A DNA stretch of 64,000 nt from Tolypothrix carrinoi HA7290-LM1 (GCA_019358935.1 JAHHIK010000018.1:30591-94590); one strand, 5' to 3'. Counted from the first letter of the stretch, positions 1 through 11,213 are shown. Translations and numbers: made by a program. The notes: generated from the sequence alone by a model not told the origin.

Positions 1-2552
1 CTGAGGCAGATTTACCAGAATTAATGCAATTCCTCCACCGTCGAGGTGTGAAAGGCTATGTCACTCTAAATACACTTGTTTTTCCCCAAGAACTGCGAGA
101 AGCACAGCAATATATCCGCTCGATTATTACAGCGGGTGTAGATGCAGTAATCGTCCAAGATGTAGGAATTTGCCGTTTAATTCGTCATATTTCCCCAGAT
201 TTTCCCATCCATGCTTCAACTCAGATGACTATCACCAGTGCCGCTGGTGTGGAATTTGCCCAGAAGTTAGGGTGTAATTTAGTTGTGCTTGCCCGTGAGT
301 GTTCCCTGAAAGAAATCGACAAAATTAAGCAGCAAACCTCGCTACCTTTAGAAGTCTTTGTTCACGGTGCTTTATGCGTCGCTTATTCTGGGCAATGTTT
401 GACGAGTGAAGCTTTAGGAGGACGTTCGGCTAATAGAGGTGAATGTGCCCAAGCTTGCCGGATGCCCTACGAGTTAATAGCAGATGGGGAAGTTGTAGAT
501 TTAGGCGATCGCAAATATTTACTCAGTCCTCAAGACTTGGCTGGGCTTGAGGTTCTGCCAGATTTAGTGAAGTCAGGCGTAACTTGTCTCAAAATTGAAG
601 GGCGTTTGAAAGCGCCAGAGTATGTTGCTAATGTGACTCATGTTTATCGGCAAGCATTGGATCGGGTGATGGAGTTGGGAGACAGGGGGACAGGGGGACA
701 AGGGGGACAAGGAGGACAAGGGGGACAAGGGGGACAAGGGGGACAAGGAGGACAAGGAGGACAAGAAGGAATTTCTCCCTTGTCTCCCCCCTCTCCCTTG
801 TCTCCCCCCTCTCCCTTGTCCCCCCCTTCCCCCCTCTCCCCCTCCTCTTCTTCGGAACGCTACAATTTAGAGATGGCGTTTTCTCGCGGTATTTATACAG
901 GCTGGTTCCGTGGAATTAACAATCAAGAACTGGTTCACGCCCGTTTTGGTAAAAAGCGCGGAGTTTACTTGGGGGAAGTTACTCGCATTCGCAACGAACA
1001 GGTAATTATTAAACTGTCAGCGCCTGTTAAACCTGGTGATGGTGTTGTTTTTGACTGCGGACATCCAGAGGCAAAAGAAGAAGGGGGTCGGATCTATGCA
1101 GTGGAATACAAAGGTAAAGAAGCTATACTGACCTTTGGGCGGCGTGACTTGAATCTGCATCGGCTGCATGTGGGTGATAAAGTATGGAAAACTAGCGACC
1201 CAGAATTAGATAAGCAATTACGACAAAGTTTTGCTGGGGAAAATCCGCAATTTCAGCGTCCCATTTCTGTAGAGGTTTATGGAGAAGTGGGAGATAAGTT
1301 GATCGCGATCGCTCGTGACGAATTAAGCCATGTCGTTCGGGTAGAATCGACAATACCACTAGTTGAGGCACACACCAAACCCTTAACAAAAGAACGTTTG
1401 CACGAACAATTCGCTAGGCTTGGCAATACTCCTTTTTGTTTAGCAGACTTGACAAATCACCTAAAAGATGCAATAATGCTGCCCGTAAGTGAATTAAATC
1501 GGATGCGACGGGAAATTGTGACGCAGTTAGAGGTTAGGCGATCGCTTCCCAAACGCTGGCAATTTAATCAAAACGCAACGCTAGCAGATTTACTACCAGC
1601 CAAAGAAACTATTTCACCAAGTTCGTCAAATTTAATTGTCTTGATACGAAACTTAAGGCAACTGCAAGCAGCACTCGATGCGGGAATTGAAACAGTTTAC
1701 TGTGAATTTGAAGATCCGCGTAAGTATCGCGAAGCGGTGAAGATGGTGCGTCAAGGGGATAGGGAGACAAGGGCGACGGGCGTGGAGACAAGGGGACAAG
1801 GAGGACAAGGAGGAATTTCTGCCTTGTCTTCCCCCCATCTCCCCCTTCCCCCCACTCCGCAAATTTGGCTAGCGCTACCGCGAATTACGAAACCTGGGGA
1901 AAACTGGATTTTGGAGCAAGTACGCGCTTGCAAGGCTGATGGTTATCTGGTGCGGAATTATGACCATTTACAATTCTTTGCACAAGAACGCTGTATAGGA
2001 GATTTCTCTTTTAACGTTGCGAATGCTTTAGCGGCAGATTACTTTAAACATCGCTTTGGTTTAGAAAGGGTGACGGCATCGTATGATTTAAACATTACCC
2101 AACTACAAGACTTGCTTAATAGTTGTCCTCCGCAATGGTTTGAGGTAACAATTCATCAGCATATGCCGATGTTTCATATGGAGCATTGTGTCTTTTGTGC
2201 GTTTCTATCTCAAGGGACAGACTACACCAATTGCGGCAGACCATGTGAAAAGCATGAGGTGAAAATTAAAGATAGGGTAGGATGTTCACACATCCTGCAA
2301 GCGGATGTAGGTTGTCGCAATACAATATTTAACGGCACGGCTCAAACTGGAGCCGAATACGTACAGCGGCTCTTGGAGCTTGGTTTACAACACTTCCGGA
2401 TTGAGTTTGTGAATGAGACACCCCAAGAAGTGACGCAAACGATACATTGCTATCAACAACTGTTGCAAGGCGAGATTACAGGTTCTCAACTTTGGCGAGA
2501 ATTAAAGCTGCAATTTCGGCAGCTTGGTGTGACTCGGTGGGAGCGTGGATAG
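1..2552 (+). CDS. U32 family peptidase-like protein (RNA hydroxylase-type) with C-terminal DUF3656; 5' end lies outside the window
   Basis: Motifs HASTQM, LEVFVHGALCVAYSGQC, SANRGECAQACR and LKIEGRLK. The frame is open upstream of the ATG at 24. Two in-frame low-complexity repeat insertions. Confidence 0.9.
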   Translation, partial: EADLPELMQFLHRRGVKGYVTLNTLVFPQELREAQQYIRSIITAGVDAVIVQDVGICRLIRHISPDFPIHASTQMTITSAAGVEFAQKLGCNLVVLARECSLKEIDKIKQQTSLPLEVFVHGALCVAYSGQCLTSEALGGRSANRGECAQACRMPYELIADGEVVDLGDRKYLLSPQDLAGLEVLPDLVKSGVTCLKIEGRLKAPEYVANVTHVYRQALDRVMELGDRGTGGQGGQGGQGGQGGQGGQGGQGGQEGISPLSPPSPLSPPSPLSPPSPLSPSSSSERYNLEMAFSRGIYTGWFRGINNQELVHARFGKKRGVYLGEVTRIRNEQVIIKLSAPVKPGDGVVFDCGHPEAKEEGGRIYAVEYKGKEAILTFGRRDLNLHRLHVGDKVWKTSDPELDKQLRQSFAGENPQFQRPISVEVYGEVGDKLIAIARDELSHVVRVESTIPLVEAHTKPLTKERLHEQFARLGNTPFCLADLTNHLKDAIMLPVSELNRMRREIVTQLEVRRSLPKRWQFNQNATLADLLPAKETISPSSSNLIVLIRNLRQLQAALDAGIETVYCEFEDPRKYREAVKMVRQGDRETRATGVETRGQGGQGGISALSSPHLPLPPTPQIWLALPRITKPGENWILEQVRACKADGYLVRNYDHLQFFAQERCIGDFSFNVANALAADYFKHRFGLERVTASYDLNITQLQDLLNSCPPQWFEVTIHQHMPMFHMEHCVFCAFLSQGTDYTNCGRPCEKHEVKIKDRVGCSHILQADVGCRNTIFNGTAQTGAEYVQRLLELGLQHFRIEFVNETPQEVTQTIHCYQQLLQGEITGSQLWRELKLQFRQLGVTRWERG
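674..850. repeat. GGACAAGG(G/A) 9-mer array followed by an inverted TCCCCC/CCTTGT array, in frame within the U32 gene
   Basis: Translates as (GQG)n...(SPLSPP)n; quasi-palindromic. Confidence 0.9.
1754..1858. repeat. Second in-frame GGACAAG/CCTTGT palindromic repeat insertion in the U32 gene
   Basis: ggagacaagg...ggacaaggaggacaagg...ccttgtcttccccccatctccccc. Confidence 0.8.
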
Positions 2553-2665
2553 TTGATAGTGGATAGTTGATAGTGGATGGTTGTAACGAGTACTTTTTGA
2601 CAACCAACAACGCTCCAACTATCCCCTAACAACTAACAACGCTCCAACTATCCCCTAACAACTAA
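2548..2665. repeat. STRR heptamer array (GATAGTT/GATAGTG and inverted CTAACAA) between convergent genes
   Basis: Tandem heptamers plus a duplicated ~31-bp unit containing aacaacgctccaactatcccct. Confidence 0.85.
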
Positions 2666-4024
2666 TTATTTTCCCAATTTATTAGGAATGCCTTCACAAC
2701 CACCGGGAATTGTACCTCTGCTTTTTTCGCCACACCAAGCGCAGCAGTAGTAACGATTAGCCTCAGACATCCGCTGGACATCGGTAAAATCGGCATTTTC
2801 TACGACAGCGCCGGTATGTTCGCCAGTTTCGTATTTTGGGGCTTCGCTGCGACTGCGAGGGGATGCGGTTTCTGCTGAACCATAAAACAAGCGAGTGCTG
2901 TTCAGGTCGGCTTGATTGAGATTGGCATCATATAAAATAGTGCGGCTCATATTTGCCTTTACTAAGTCACATTCGCTAAGATTAGCGCGGACAAGATTAG
3001 CTTCGCTCAAGTCTGTCCAACGTAAATCTGTACCGGAAAGGTCTGCACCTGCAAGCATGACGCCTAAATCGATGACACGCAAACCTAAAAGGCGATCTTC
3101 AGCGTAACCACCGCTACCATCAAGAATCGCTCGACCAAGGTGGCGATCGCGTTTTAAAGGTGTAAGCAATTTCGACCGCGAGAGAAAGCGGAGAATTTTC
3201 GCTTTACCGTTGCCATCTACACTACTAAATATTGCCGCAGTTCGTCCTTCTGCGATCGCTCTTTCTTGAGGCCAATCTTCTAATAGTCCTTGTTCATCTA
3301 ATACTAAGTCGGAAATGCCTTGAAAATACGAATCTATTGTCTGCTGCTGGGTGATGATGTTTTGCTGTACTGTTAGCAGATTTTGCTGAATTGTCAAGTC
3401 TTTGGATATAACGTATTGTCGCCAAGCAACATAAACGGCGATGATGGCGATGAGAATTTGCCCCAATGCACCAAACCAGTCTGCTAATGTTCCCGAAGCT
3501 TCCCAGTTAATTTTGCGTCCCCAAGCTAGCAACAAAGAACCGATACCACCGAACTTGATTAAGCCAAAAATCGATACTAAAACTCCCAAAAAGGCAACAA
3601 GCAGCGTTCGTTCTTGAAATGAAAACCATTCGTCTACGACAACTTGCAACCAAGGTATCAGTATTATCAGGGATAACACTAAAGTTAATAGTGTGCCGCA
3701 GATGCCAATTATCCAGTTATTTATGGCTATTCCGATAAAAGTGATGGCGATCGCCAGCAAAATAATCAGTAATGCCCGTGGCTTAACTGGTACGCTTTTA
3801 GTAATGCGTTGCTTGAGGAAAGACTGCGCTTGTTTGAGAGCAACTCGATTTTGCTGAGATTGCAAAGAAGCACCCATTGCTATGGCTTGTTGAGTCGCAA
3901 GCTTTTCTGGGGTAAGGCAATTCTCGCTTGCACCACCGTCAAAGTCATCTGGTTGCAAGTCCTGTTCCGGAATGGAATCTGGGGTTGGTAGATGGGATGA
4001 GTTGGAGTTGGATTCAATCGTCAT
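2666..4024 (-). CDS. Membrane-anchored pentapeptide repeat protein
   Basis: N-terminal hydrophobic helices; ADLSGTDLRWTDLSEANLVRANLSECDL pentapeptide repeats. Confidence 0.85.
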   Translation of the reverse strand: MTIESNSNSSHLPTPDSIPEQDLQPDDFDGGASENCLTPEKLATQQAIAMGASLQSQQNRVALKQAQSFLKQRITKSVPVKPRALLIILLAIAITFIGIAINNWIIGICGTLLTLVLSLIILIPWLQVVVDEWFSFQERTLLVAFLGVLVSIFGLIKFGGIGSLLLAWGRKINWEASGTLADWFGALGQILIAIIAVYVAWRQYVISKDLTIQQNLLTVQQNIITQQQTIDSYFQGISDLVLDEQGLLEDWPQERAIAEGRTAAIFSSVDGNGKAKILRFLSRSKLLTPLKRDRHLGRAILDGSGGYAEDRLLGLRVIDLGVMLAGADLSGTDLRWTDLSEANLVRANLSECDLVKANMSRTILYDANLNQADLNSTRLFYGSAETASPRSRSEAPKYETGEHTGAVVENADFTDVQRMSEANRYYCCAWCGEKSRGTIPGGCEGIPNKLGK

Positions 4025-4099
4025 GTTTTCTATTTTGCCCCAGCAGACTTGTTTCTTGCGCTGTTTTATCGTAGCCGCGATTGGGTAGGGTTAGGCAAC

Positions 4100-4471
4100 A
4101 ACCATAGGTTATAAGAGGCGATCGCTCTTTTTGATGCCCCCAGAAGAAGCTTGGAATAATAGAGGTATTGTGCTGAGATATCTGCAACGCTACTTCAGAT
4201 GCACTCACATCTTTTAAGGGCGCGATCGCCAAAAAACCTGCCCCCAGAAGAAGCTTAGAATAATCGAGGTGTTGCCTTAAATTACTTAACAACGTATGAA
4301 AAAGCAATTAAATTTTATGACAAACCGATCGCCAAAAAACCTGACTTTTTTAACGCTTGGAATAATCGAGGCATTGGATTAATAGAATTAAAAAGGTATG
4401 AAGAACCACTTGAATCTTTTAATAAAACAAATAACTCCAAATTAGCTATCTACAATCAAGCAAATAACTAG
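4100..4471 (+). pseudogene. Degenerate TPR-repeat gene remnant
   Basis: Manual translation: EEAWNNRGIVLRYLQRY / SDALTSFKGAIAKKPA / PEEA*NNRGVALNYLTTYEKAIKFYDKPIAKKPDFFNAWNNRGIGLIELKRYEE. Two frameshifts and a TGG>TAG stop. Confidence 0.75.
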
Positions 4472-4654
4472 CTTTGAACAAATATGTATAATTTATGTTA
4501 AAATAAGTTGATGTTATTTGCCAAAAAATCTTTGTATTGGTTAAGTTTTTTTTTGAAAATTCAGCAAATATTTGCAAAAATCATAACGTAGACTGATATT
4601 ATCAAAAAAGATGATAAGCGTTTGATAAATATTACTTTGTAATGTAGGTACAGC

Positions 4655-5398
4655 ATGGTTGTTTGGCGCGACTTAGGGGCAACTAGCTTGTTCGCTTTAT
4701 TGATCGTCAGCTGTAGTGATGGGACAAACTCAGCAGGAGAGATGAGCAAACAAGTAGTACAAAAAACCAATGTATCCCCGCTTTTGGCAGAAGCTTATGA
4801 GACACAAAAGGTAGAAGATTATTTTCAGCAAGGAAATAATTTTTTAGAATTACACCGCTACAATTTGGCGATCGCATCCTACGACAAAGCGATCGCTATC
4901 AAACCAGATAAGTACGAAGCTTGGATTAATCAAGGTAATGCTTTAACAGCACTGCAACGCTACCAAGACGCGATCGCATCCTACGACAAAGCGATCGCCA
5001 TAAAAAAAGACTTGCATTCAGCTTGGTATAACCGAGGAAATGCCTTAACATCACTGCACCTTTATGAAGATGCTGTAGTAGCATATAAAAAAGCGATCGC
5101 TATCAAACCAGACAAGTATGAAGCCTGGATTAACCAAGGAATTGCCTTGACAAAATTGGCACGCTACACTGAAGCGATCGCCGCATACGACAAAGCGATC
5201 GCCATTCAGCCGAAAAAACATGAAGCTTATTACAATAAAGCTTGCTCTTATGCTTTACAAAATAATATTGAATTAACAACAGAGAACCTGCAAAAGGCAA
5301 TCAAGCTTTATCCTAATAAATATCAGCAATTAGCAAAAAGCGATCCAGATTTTGATAAAGTGCGTCGCGACAAACGCTTTCGGGAATTACTGCAATAA
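4655..5398 (+). CDS. TPR-repeat protein, probable lipoprotein
   Basis: Lipobox-like LIVSC; repeated YDKAIAIKPDKYEAWINQGNAL. Confidence 0.9.
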   Translation: MVVWRDLGATSLFALLIVSCSDGTNSAGEMSKQVVQKTNVSPLLAEAYETQKVEDYFQQGNNFLELHRYNLAIASYDKAIAIKPDKYEAWINQGNALTALQRYQDAIASYDKAIAIKKDLHSAWYNRGNALTSLHLYEDAVVAYKKAIAIKPDKYEAWINQGIALTKLARYTEAIAAYDKAIAIQPKKHEAYYNKACSYALQNNIELTTENLQKAIKLYPNKYQQLAKSDPDFDKVRRDKRFRELLQ

Positions 5399-5547
5399 TC
5401 GATTCAAAGAAGAAAAAAACAATTATCATTAAAATTATGTCTATTTTAAAATTTATCGCAACATTAATTGAGTTGAAAACATAAAACTATAACTCAAGAC
5501 AGATATTCTCACGCAATAAATACAGAGTATATTTGAATAAATAAAGT

Positions 5548-5658
5548 GGCGTTGCTGATTTGAAGTATGAATTTGGTGATGTCAATATTGGGATATAGTT
5601 TTGTAGAAGCAATTCATGAATTGCTTCTACGCTCATTCACGCCCAATTCAGCAACGCC
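5548..5658. mobile_element. 111-bp MITE with terminal inverted repeats and an 8-bp target-site duplication
   Basis: TIRs GGCGTTGCTGATTTG / CAATTCAGCAACGCC; AATAAAGT on both sides; internal hairpin gtagaagcaattcatgaattgcttctac. Confidence 0.85.
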
Positions 5659-5690
5659 AATAAAGTTATATGGTATAGGGGTGTGGAAAT

Positions 5691-6251
5691 ATGTATACTA
5701 AAGCCAAAATTTTACATTTAACAGTAGAAGAATATCTGCAACTTGAACTGGAAAGCGTAGTTCACCATGAATACATTGGTGGGCAAGTATATGCAACGGT
5801 AGCAAACAGTGAAAACAATAAAATAATTACCGCAAATCTATTAACTCGATTGCGAGGACATTTACTGGGTAAAAGCTGCCGAGTCTTTTCGTCAGATATG
5901 AAAGTAAAAATCGAAGCGCTTGATGTATTTTATCACCCAGATATTTGTGTGACTTGCGATCCTTCTGACCGAGAAAAAGTTTTTAAAATTAATCCCTGTC
6001 TAATAGTAGAAATTATTTCCCCAGAAACAGAACGCATACACCGCAACGAAAAGCTAATGAATTATCAGCAAATAAAAAGTTTACAAGAGTATGTGTTAAT
6101 TTCGGAATCAGAAAAAAAAATTGATATTTACCGTAAATATAATCATCAAACTTGGTTTTTGGAGCAATTTTTTACCACAGATATAATGAAATTGTCATCA
6201 GTCGGTTTGGAAATGGCGATCGCCGAAATTTATGAAGATGTAGAATTTTAA
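5691..6251 (+). CDS. Uma2 family (DUF820) endonuclease-fold protein
   Basis: LTVEEYLQLE...HEYIGGQVYA, SDMKV, YHPDICVTC, PCLIVEIISPET, SLQEYVLI. Confidence 0.9.
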   Translation: MYTKAKILHLTVEEYLQLELESVVHHEYIGGQVYATVANSENNKIITANLLTRLRGHLLGKSCRVFSSDMKVKIEALDVFYHPDICVTCDPSDREKVFKINPCLIVEIISPETERIHRNEKLMNYQQIKSLQEYVLISESEKKIDIYRKYNHQTWFLEQFFTTDIMKLSSVGLEMAIAEIYEDVEF

Positions 6252-6288
6252 TATTTATTGCTAAAACTACCGCGTTTTCTGCAAAAAT

Positions 6289-7158
6289 ATGAAAAAATTG
6301 TTAATTACTGGTATTAGTGGCTTTTTAGGATGGAATATTTGCCAGTTAGCACGAGAATGGCAAGTTTATGGAACTTATTTATCTCATTCTCTGAATATTC
6401 CCGGTATAAACACCCTAAAAGTTAACTTAACAAATTTTCCAGAAATTAAACAAATATTTGATGAAATTCAGCCAGCAGCAGTAATTCATACTGCCGCACA
6501 ATCTCAGCCAAACTTTTGTCAAACCCACCCCGAAGAATCACACGCAATCAATGTAGAAGCATCGAGTAATATAGCTGGACTTTGTGCGGATTATAATATC
6601 AAGTGTGTTTTTACATCAACTGACTTAGTTTTTGATGGCTTGAATGCACCTTATAGTGAAACAGACGCAGTATGTCCGGTAAATCTTTACGGTGAGCAAA
6701 AAGTGATGGCAGAAGCTGCTATGCTGAAACGATATCCGATGACAGCAGTGTGTAGAATGCCGTTAATGTTTGGGATGGCTACACCCACAGCTACAAGCTT
6801 TATGCAGCCATTTATGCAAACTTTGAAAGAGGGAAAAGAACTAAAGTTATTTATAAATGAATTTCGCACCCCAGTAAGTGGAAAAACTGCCGCAAAAGGA
6901 CTTTTATTAGCGTTAGAAAAAGTCAACGGCATAATTCACTTGGGTGGTAAAGAGCGGATTTCGCGTTATGATTTTGGTAAGTTATTAGTAGAAGTATTTC
7001 AACTGCCTTCTACAAATTTGCAAGCTTGCCGACAACAAGATGTGAAAATGGCAGCACCCAGACCTAGTGATGTTTCTTTGGATAGTTCTAAAGCTTTTGC
7101 GTTGGGGTATAAACCTTTATTTATAAAGGAAGAATTAAAGGCTTTAATTAATAAATAA
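6289..7158 (+). CDS. RmlD-like (dTDP-4-dehydrorhamnose reductase family) extended SDR
   Basis: LLITGISGFLG, STDLVFDG, YGEQK, APRPSDVSLD. Confidence 0.85.
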   Translation: MKKLLITGISGFLGWNICQLAREWQVYGTYLSHSLNIPGINTLKVNLTNFPEIKQIFDEIQPAAVIHTAAQSQPNFCQTHPEESHAINVEASSNIAGLCADYNIKCVFTSTDLVFDGLNAPYSETDAVCPVNLYGEQKVMAEAAMLKRYPMTAVCRMPLMFGMATPTATSFMQPFMQTLKEGKELKLFINEFRTPVSGKTAAKGLLLALEKVNGIIHLGGKERISRYDFGKLLVEVFQLPSTNLQACRQQDVKMAAPRPSDVSLDSSKAFALGYKPLFIKEELKALINK

Positions 7159-7162
7159 TAAC

Positions 7163-7263
7163 CTCACGCAAAGGCGCAAAGACGCAAAGAAAGATTTACT
7201 TTGCGACGGCAGTTGCTTCAAGCCGGGAGACCCGTCCAACGCACTGCCTCGTCTTTGCGTGAG
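7163..7263. repeat. CGCAAAG-type palindromic repeat with a nested GAGGCAGTGC...GCANCTGCCG cassette
   Basis: ctcacgcaaag...ctttgcgtgag arms enclosing the cassette in reverse orientation. Confidence 0.75.
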
Positions 7264-7267
7264 ATTT

Positions 7268-10174
7268 TTATGAATAAGCGTCCATTGGCAGACAAGAACA
7301 AACAAAATTCCTGTCACCATAGGCATTGTCAATTCTACCTACAGACATCCAAAATTTATGTTCGCGAGTCCAAGGTGCAGGATATGCAGCTTGTTCGCGA
7401 GAATAGGGATGATTCCATTCTCCGGTGATGAGACTTTCGGCACTGTGAGGTGCATTCTTCAAGACATTATCTTGAGCATCCATTTTGCCTGATTCGATTT
7501 CGGCGATTTCTTTACGAATCGCAATCATCGCATCGCAAAAACGATCTAATTCTTGTTTTGATTCGCTTTCGGTGGGTTCTACCATGATTGTACCAGCGAC
7601 GGGCCAGGAGACGGTTGGTGCATGGAAACCGTAATCCATCAAACGCTTGGCAATATCATCGATGTCGATATTCGCGGATTTTTTAAGCGATCGCAAGTCT
7701 AAAATGCACTCATGGGCAACTAAAGCATTTTTCCCTTTATATAAAACAGGGTAGTACTTTTCAAGTCTCTTAGCGATGTAATTCGCATTCAGAATCGCTA
7801 CCTTGGTTGCATCCTTCAAACCATCCGCACCCATCATCGCGATGTACATCCAAGATATTACCAAAATGCTAGCGCTACCCCAAGGTGCAGCTGCGATCGC
7901 ACTAATCGATTTTGGATTATTTTCGTGCATTTGCACAACGGAGTGTCCGGGTAAAAAAGGCACTAAATGAGAAGCAACACCAATTGGTCCCATACCCGGA
8001 CCACCACCACCATGAGGAATACAGAAGGTTTTGTGTAAGTTCAAGTGACAAACATCAGCACCAAAATCTCCCGGACGACAAATACCAACTTGGGCATTCA
8101 TATTAGCCCCATCCATGTAAACTTGTCCACCGTGAGAGTGAACAACAGCGCAGATTTCTTGAATTTGCTCTTCAAATACGCCATGAGTTGAGGGATATGT
8201 CACCATTAAAGCAGCAAGTTGGTTGCTATGCTTTTCTGCTTTTGCTTTTAAGTCGTTTAAATCAACATTACCTTCCACATCACAAGCAACTGGTACTACC
8301 TTCATCCCGGACATCACCGCACTTGCGGGATTTGTTCCGTGTGCAGATGTGGGAATTAAACAGATATTGCGGTGTTGTTCTTTGCGACTTTCGTGATATT
8401 CACGAATTACTAAAAGTCCCGTGTATTCACCTTGAGAACCGGCGTTTGGTTGGAGAGAGATTCCGGCAAAACCGGTGATTTCTGCCAACCATTCTTCAAG
8501 TTGATCGAACAGAATTTGATAACCTTGGGTTTGCGATCGCGGGGCAAATGGATGAATATTACCGAATTCCGCCCAAGTTACGGGTATCATTTCCGATGTT
8601 GCATTCAACTTCATCGTACACGAACCCAAGGGAATCATCGATGTAGTTAAGGACAAATCTTTACTTTCTAACTTGTGCAGATAGCGCAATAACTCAGTTT
8701 CTGAATGATAGGAGTTGAAGACGGGGTGGGTGAGGTAGCTGGTTGTGCGCTTTAGGGGGAGAGGGGGAGAGGGGGAGAGGGGGAGAGGGGGGGATGGTAA
8801 TTTGTCGTCAAAAGCGAAAATCTCTAAGAGGTCTTCTAAATCTTTTACTGTCGTTGTTTCACCTAAAGATATCCCAACCGCAGTTTCATCATAAATCCGC
8901 AAGTTGATTTTTTGCGCTTCGCAAGAAGAGAGAATTGCATCTTTACTGCGTGTTCCCAACTCGACTTTGAGAGTATCAAAGAAGTTTTCGCTGACGATGC
9001 TGTAACCGAGACGTTTCAATCCTTCAGCTAACATTACTGTCTTGCTGTGGATATTCTCGGCAATTTGCTTAAGTCCTGCTGAACCATGATATACCGCGTA
9101 CATACTCGCCATCACCGCCAGCAGTACTTGTGCTGTACAAATATTGCTAGTTGCTTTATCGCGACGAATGTGCTGTTCGCGGGTTTGTAAAGCCAGACGC
9201 AATGCCGCTTTACCTTGAGAATCTTTTGATACACCGACAATCCGCCCTGGAACTTGCCGCTTATACTCTTCTTTGGTGGCGAAGTATGCCGCATGAGGTC
9301 CCCCAAACCCCAAGGGAATACCAAAGCGCTGCGTGCTTCCTACGGCGATATCAGCGCCAAATTCGCCAGGGGGTGTTAACAAAGTTAAGCTTAATGGATC
9401 TGCGGCTACCGTTACCAATGCACCCTCAGCATGGGCTTTTTCTATAAAAGCGCGGTAGTCATAAATCGTGCCATCACTAGCAGGATATTGGAGAATTGCT
9501 CCAAATATCAATTGTGCGAAATCAAAGGTTTGATGGTCGCCAACTACGATCTTAATTCCTAAGGGTTTCGCCCGCGTCTGCAACACGTCGATAGTTTGCG
9601 GATGACAGTCTTGCGATACAAAGTAGCTATTTGCCTTATTTTTGCAAACACCATAACTCATACTCATTGCTTCTGCTGCTGCGGTTGCTTCATCCAGCAA
9701 GGAAGCGTTAGCAATTTCCAAACCTGTCAAATCGATAATCATGGTTTGGAAATTCAGCAGCGCTTCTAATCGTCCTTGGGCGATTTCTGACTGATAGGGA
9801 GTGTAAGCTGTATACCAACCGGGGTTTTCTAGAATATTGCGCTGTATTACAGGCGGGGTGATACAGTCGTAATATCCCATGCCAATGAATGAGCGGTAAA
9901 CTTCATTCTTGACAGCGATTTGTTTTAACTTTGCCAGTGCTGCATACTCACTTAATGCTTCTGGCAATTGTAAAGATTGTTTCAGCCGAATTGCCTGGGG
10001 TACTGTTTTGTCGATGAGTGCATCGAGGTTGGAAATCCCCAATAATTCAAGCATTTGTTGGATGTCATCAAAGTTGGGTCCAATGTGACGTTCCGGAAAA
10101 TTACTTGACTTTTGACTCGTTTGACTCAGTACCTGCTCATGGCTTGACTGAGGACGAGAGGCGTAGAATACCAC
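7268..10174 (-). CDS. gcvP: Glycine dehydrogenase (glycine cleavage P protein)
   Basis: [48 protein letters not shown]. Confidence 0.98.
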   Translation of the reverse strand: MVFYASRPQSSHEQVLSQTSQKSSNFPERHIGPNFDDIQQMLELLGISNLDALIDKTVPQAIRLKQSLQLPEALSEYAALAKLKQIAVKNEVYRSFIGMGYYDCITPPVIQRNILENPGWYTAYTPYQSEIAQGRLEALLNFQTMIIDLTGLEIANASLLDEATAAAEAMSMSYGVCKNKANSYFVSQDCHPQTIDVLQTRAKPLGIKIVVGDHQTFDFAQLIFGAILQYPASDGTIYDYRAFIEKAHAEGALVTVAADPLSLTLLTPPGEFGADIAVGSTQRFGIPLGFGGPHAAYFATKEEYKRQVPGRIVGVSKDSQGKAALRLALQTREQHIRRDKATSNICTAQVLLAVMASMYAVYHGSAGLKQIAENIHSKTVMLAEGLKRLGYSIVSENFFDTLKVELGTRSKDAILSSCEAQKINLRIYDETAVGISLGETTTVKDLEDLLEIFAFDDKLPSPPLPLSPSPPLPLKRTTSYLTHPVFNSYHSETELLRYLHKLESKDLSLTTSMIPLGSCTMKLNATSEMIPVTWAEFGNIHPFAPRSQTQGYQILFDQLEEWLAEITGFAGISLQPNAGSQGEYTGLLVIREYHESRKEQHRNICLIPTSAHGTNPASAVMSGMKVVPVACDVEGNVDLNDLKAKAEKHSNQLAALMVTYPSTHGVFEEQIQEICAVVHSHGGQVYMDGANMNAQVGICRPGDFGADVCHLNLHKTFCIPHGGGGPGMGPIGVASHLVPFLPGHSVVQMHENNPKSISAIAAAPWGSASILVISWMYIAMMGADGLKDATKVAILNANYIAKRLEKYYPVLYKGKNALVAHECILDLRSLKKSANIDIDDIAKRLMDYGFHAPTVSWPVAGTIMVEPTESESKQELDRFCDAMIAIRKEIAEIESGKMDAQDNVLKNAPHSAESLITGEWNHPYSREQAAYPAPWTREHKFWMSVGRIDNAYGDRNFVCSCLPMDAYS

Positions 10175-10278
10175 AAACTGCTCTCCAGACGCGACTATTT
10201 CATATTTTGCAACATCTATATTTGTCGCGTCGGCATCTGCTTACCAGTTTATCTAAATTTCATGATTTATGTCCGGAT

Positions 10279-10457
10279 GGGGAGAGGGGGAGACAAGGGA
10301 GACAAGGGAGAGGGGGGAGACAAGGGAGAGGGGGGAGACAAGGGAGACAAGGGGGAGGGGGGAGACAAGGGAGAAATTTTTTCTTGTCCTCCTTGTCCTC
10401 CTTGTCCCCCAAGTCCTCCTTGTCCTCCTTGTCCCCCTTGTCCCCCTTGTCCCCCCA
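10279..10457. repeat. Intergenic GGAGACAAG / CCTTGTCC inverted 9-mer array between gcvH and gcvP
   Basis: Visible in sequence; same family as the in-frame inserts. Confidence 0.9.
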
Positions 10458-10847
10458 CTACTCGCCGGCGACTAGGGTGCTATACTCTTTGGCTGTTAAA
10501 GCATCATCAATGTCACCGGGATCGTTGACGCGCACTTTTAGCAACCATCCTTCACCGTAGGGGTCATCTGATACTTGTTCGGGATCGTCTATCATGGCGT
10601 CGTTGCGCTCGATGACTGTGCCGGTAACTGGTGAGTTTAAAGTTTCGACGGCTTTGACTGATTCAATTGAGCCAAACATTTCATTGCGGGTCACGGTGTC
10701 GTTTACTTCGGGTAATTCCACAAATACAACCTCACCTAATTGCTGTACTGCAAAGGCACTAATGCCGATGGTGGCAATTTCGCCTTCTAACCGCACGTAT
10801 TCGTGAGAATCCAGGTATCTCAAATCTTCAGGATATTCCAAAGACAT
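10458..10847 (-). CDS. gcvH: Glycine cleavage system H protein
   Basis: [16 protein letters not shown] (lipoyl-Lys), DPYGEGWL. Confidence 0.98.
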   Translation of the reverse strand: MSLEYPEDLRYLDSHEYVRLEGEIATIGISAFAVQQLGEVVFVELPEVNDTVTRNEMFGSIESVKAVETLNSPVTGTVIERNDAMIDDPEQVSDDPYGEGWLLKVRVNDPGDIDDALTAKEYSTLVAGE

Positions 10848-11087
10848 ATTAGTTCCTCTTTTATGTGAAATAAATTAATGCTGAATGCGCGATCGCCTAC
10901 ACTTGATCGATAATTAACCATATTTTGCAATCTTCGTCAAAAATATCGGCATCGCCTAATGTTGGATTTTCAGGTCGGGGTGAGTTTAATTGATTTCAGT
11001 TTCCGATGTCAAGTTGTTTATATATTACGGTAGGATTTTTGATACCGCTTTCATACGCTAAAAAAGAAAAAAGAGCGATCGCCTATC

Positions 11088-11190
11088 ATATACCAGTCGG
11101 TTCGGGAGAGGTGAAGTTAGATTCGGTGACTTTTTAAAGAAGTCACCGAATCTGGACACGGCGAATTTTCACAAATCTAAGATTGCTATA
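11088..11190. mobile_element. Degenerate IS630-type MITE with internal hairpin
   Basis: Right end ttttcacaaatctaagattgctata; hairpin agattcggtgactttttaaagaagtcaccgaatct; left end degenerate. Confidence 0.45.
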
Positions 11191-11213
11191 TCATAATTTA
11201 AGTTCGGATCTTG

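Noticed and set aside
10018..10560. Overlapping Gly/Pro/Cys-rich ORFs between gcvP and gcvH
   Set aside because: Artefacts of the 9-bp repeat array and of antisense frames of real genes.
10860..11080. Glycine riboswitch upstream of gcvH or gcvT
   Set aside because: I could not see the conserved GGAGA...GAAG...CUCAGG-type aptamer motifs in either leader.
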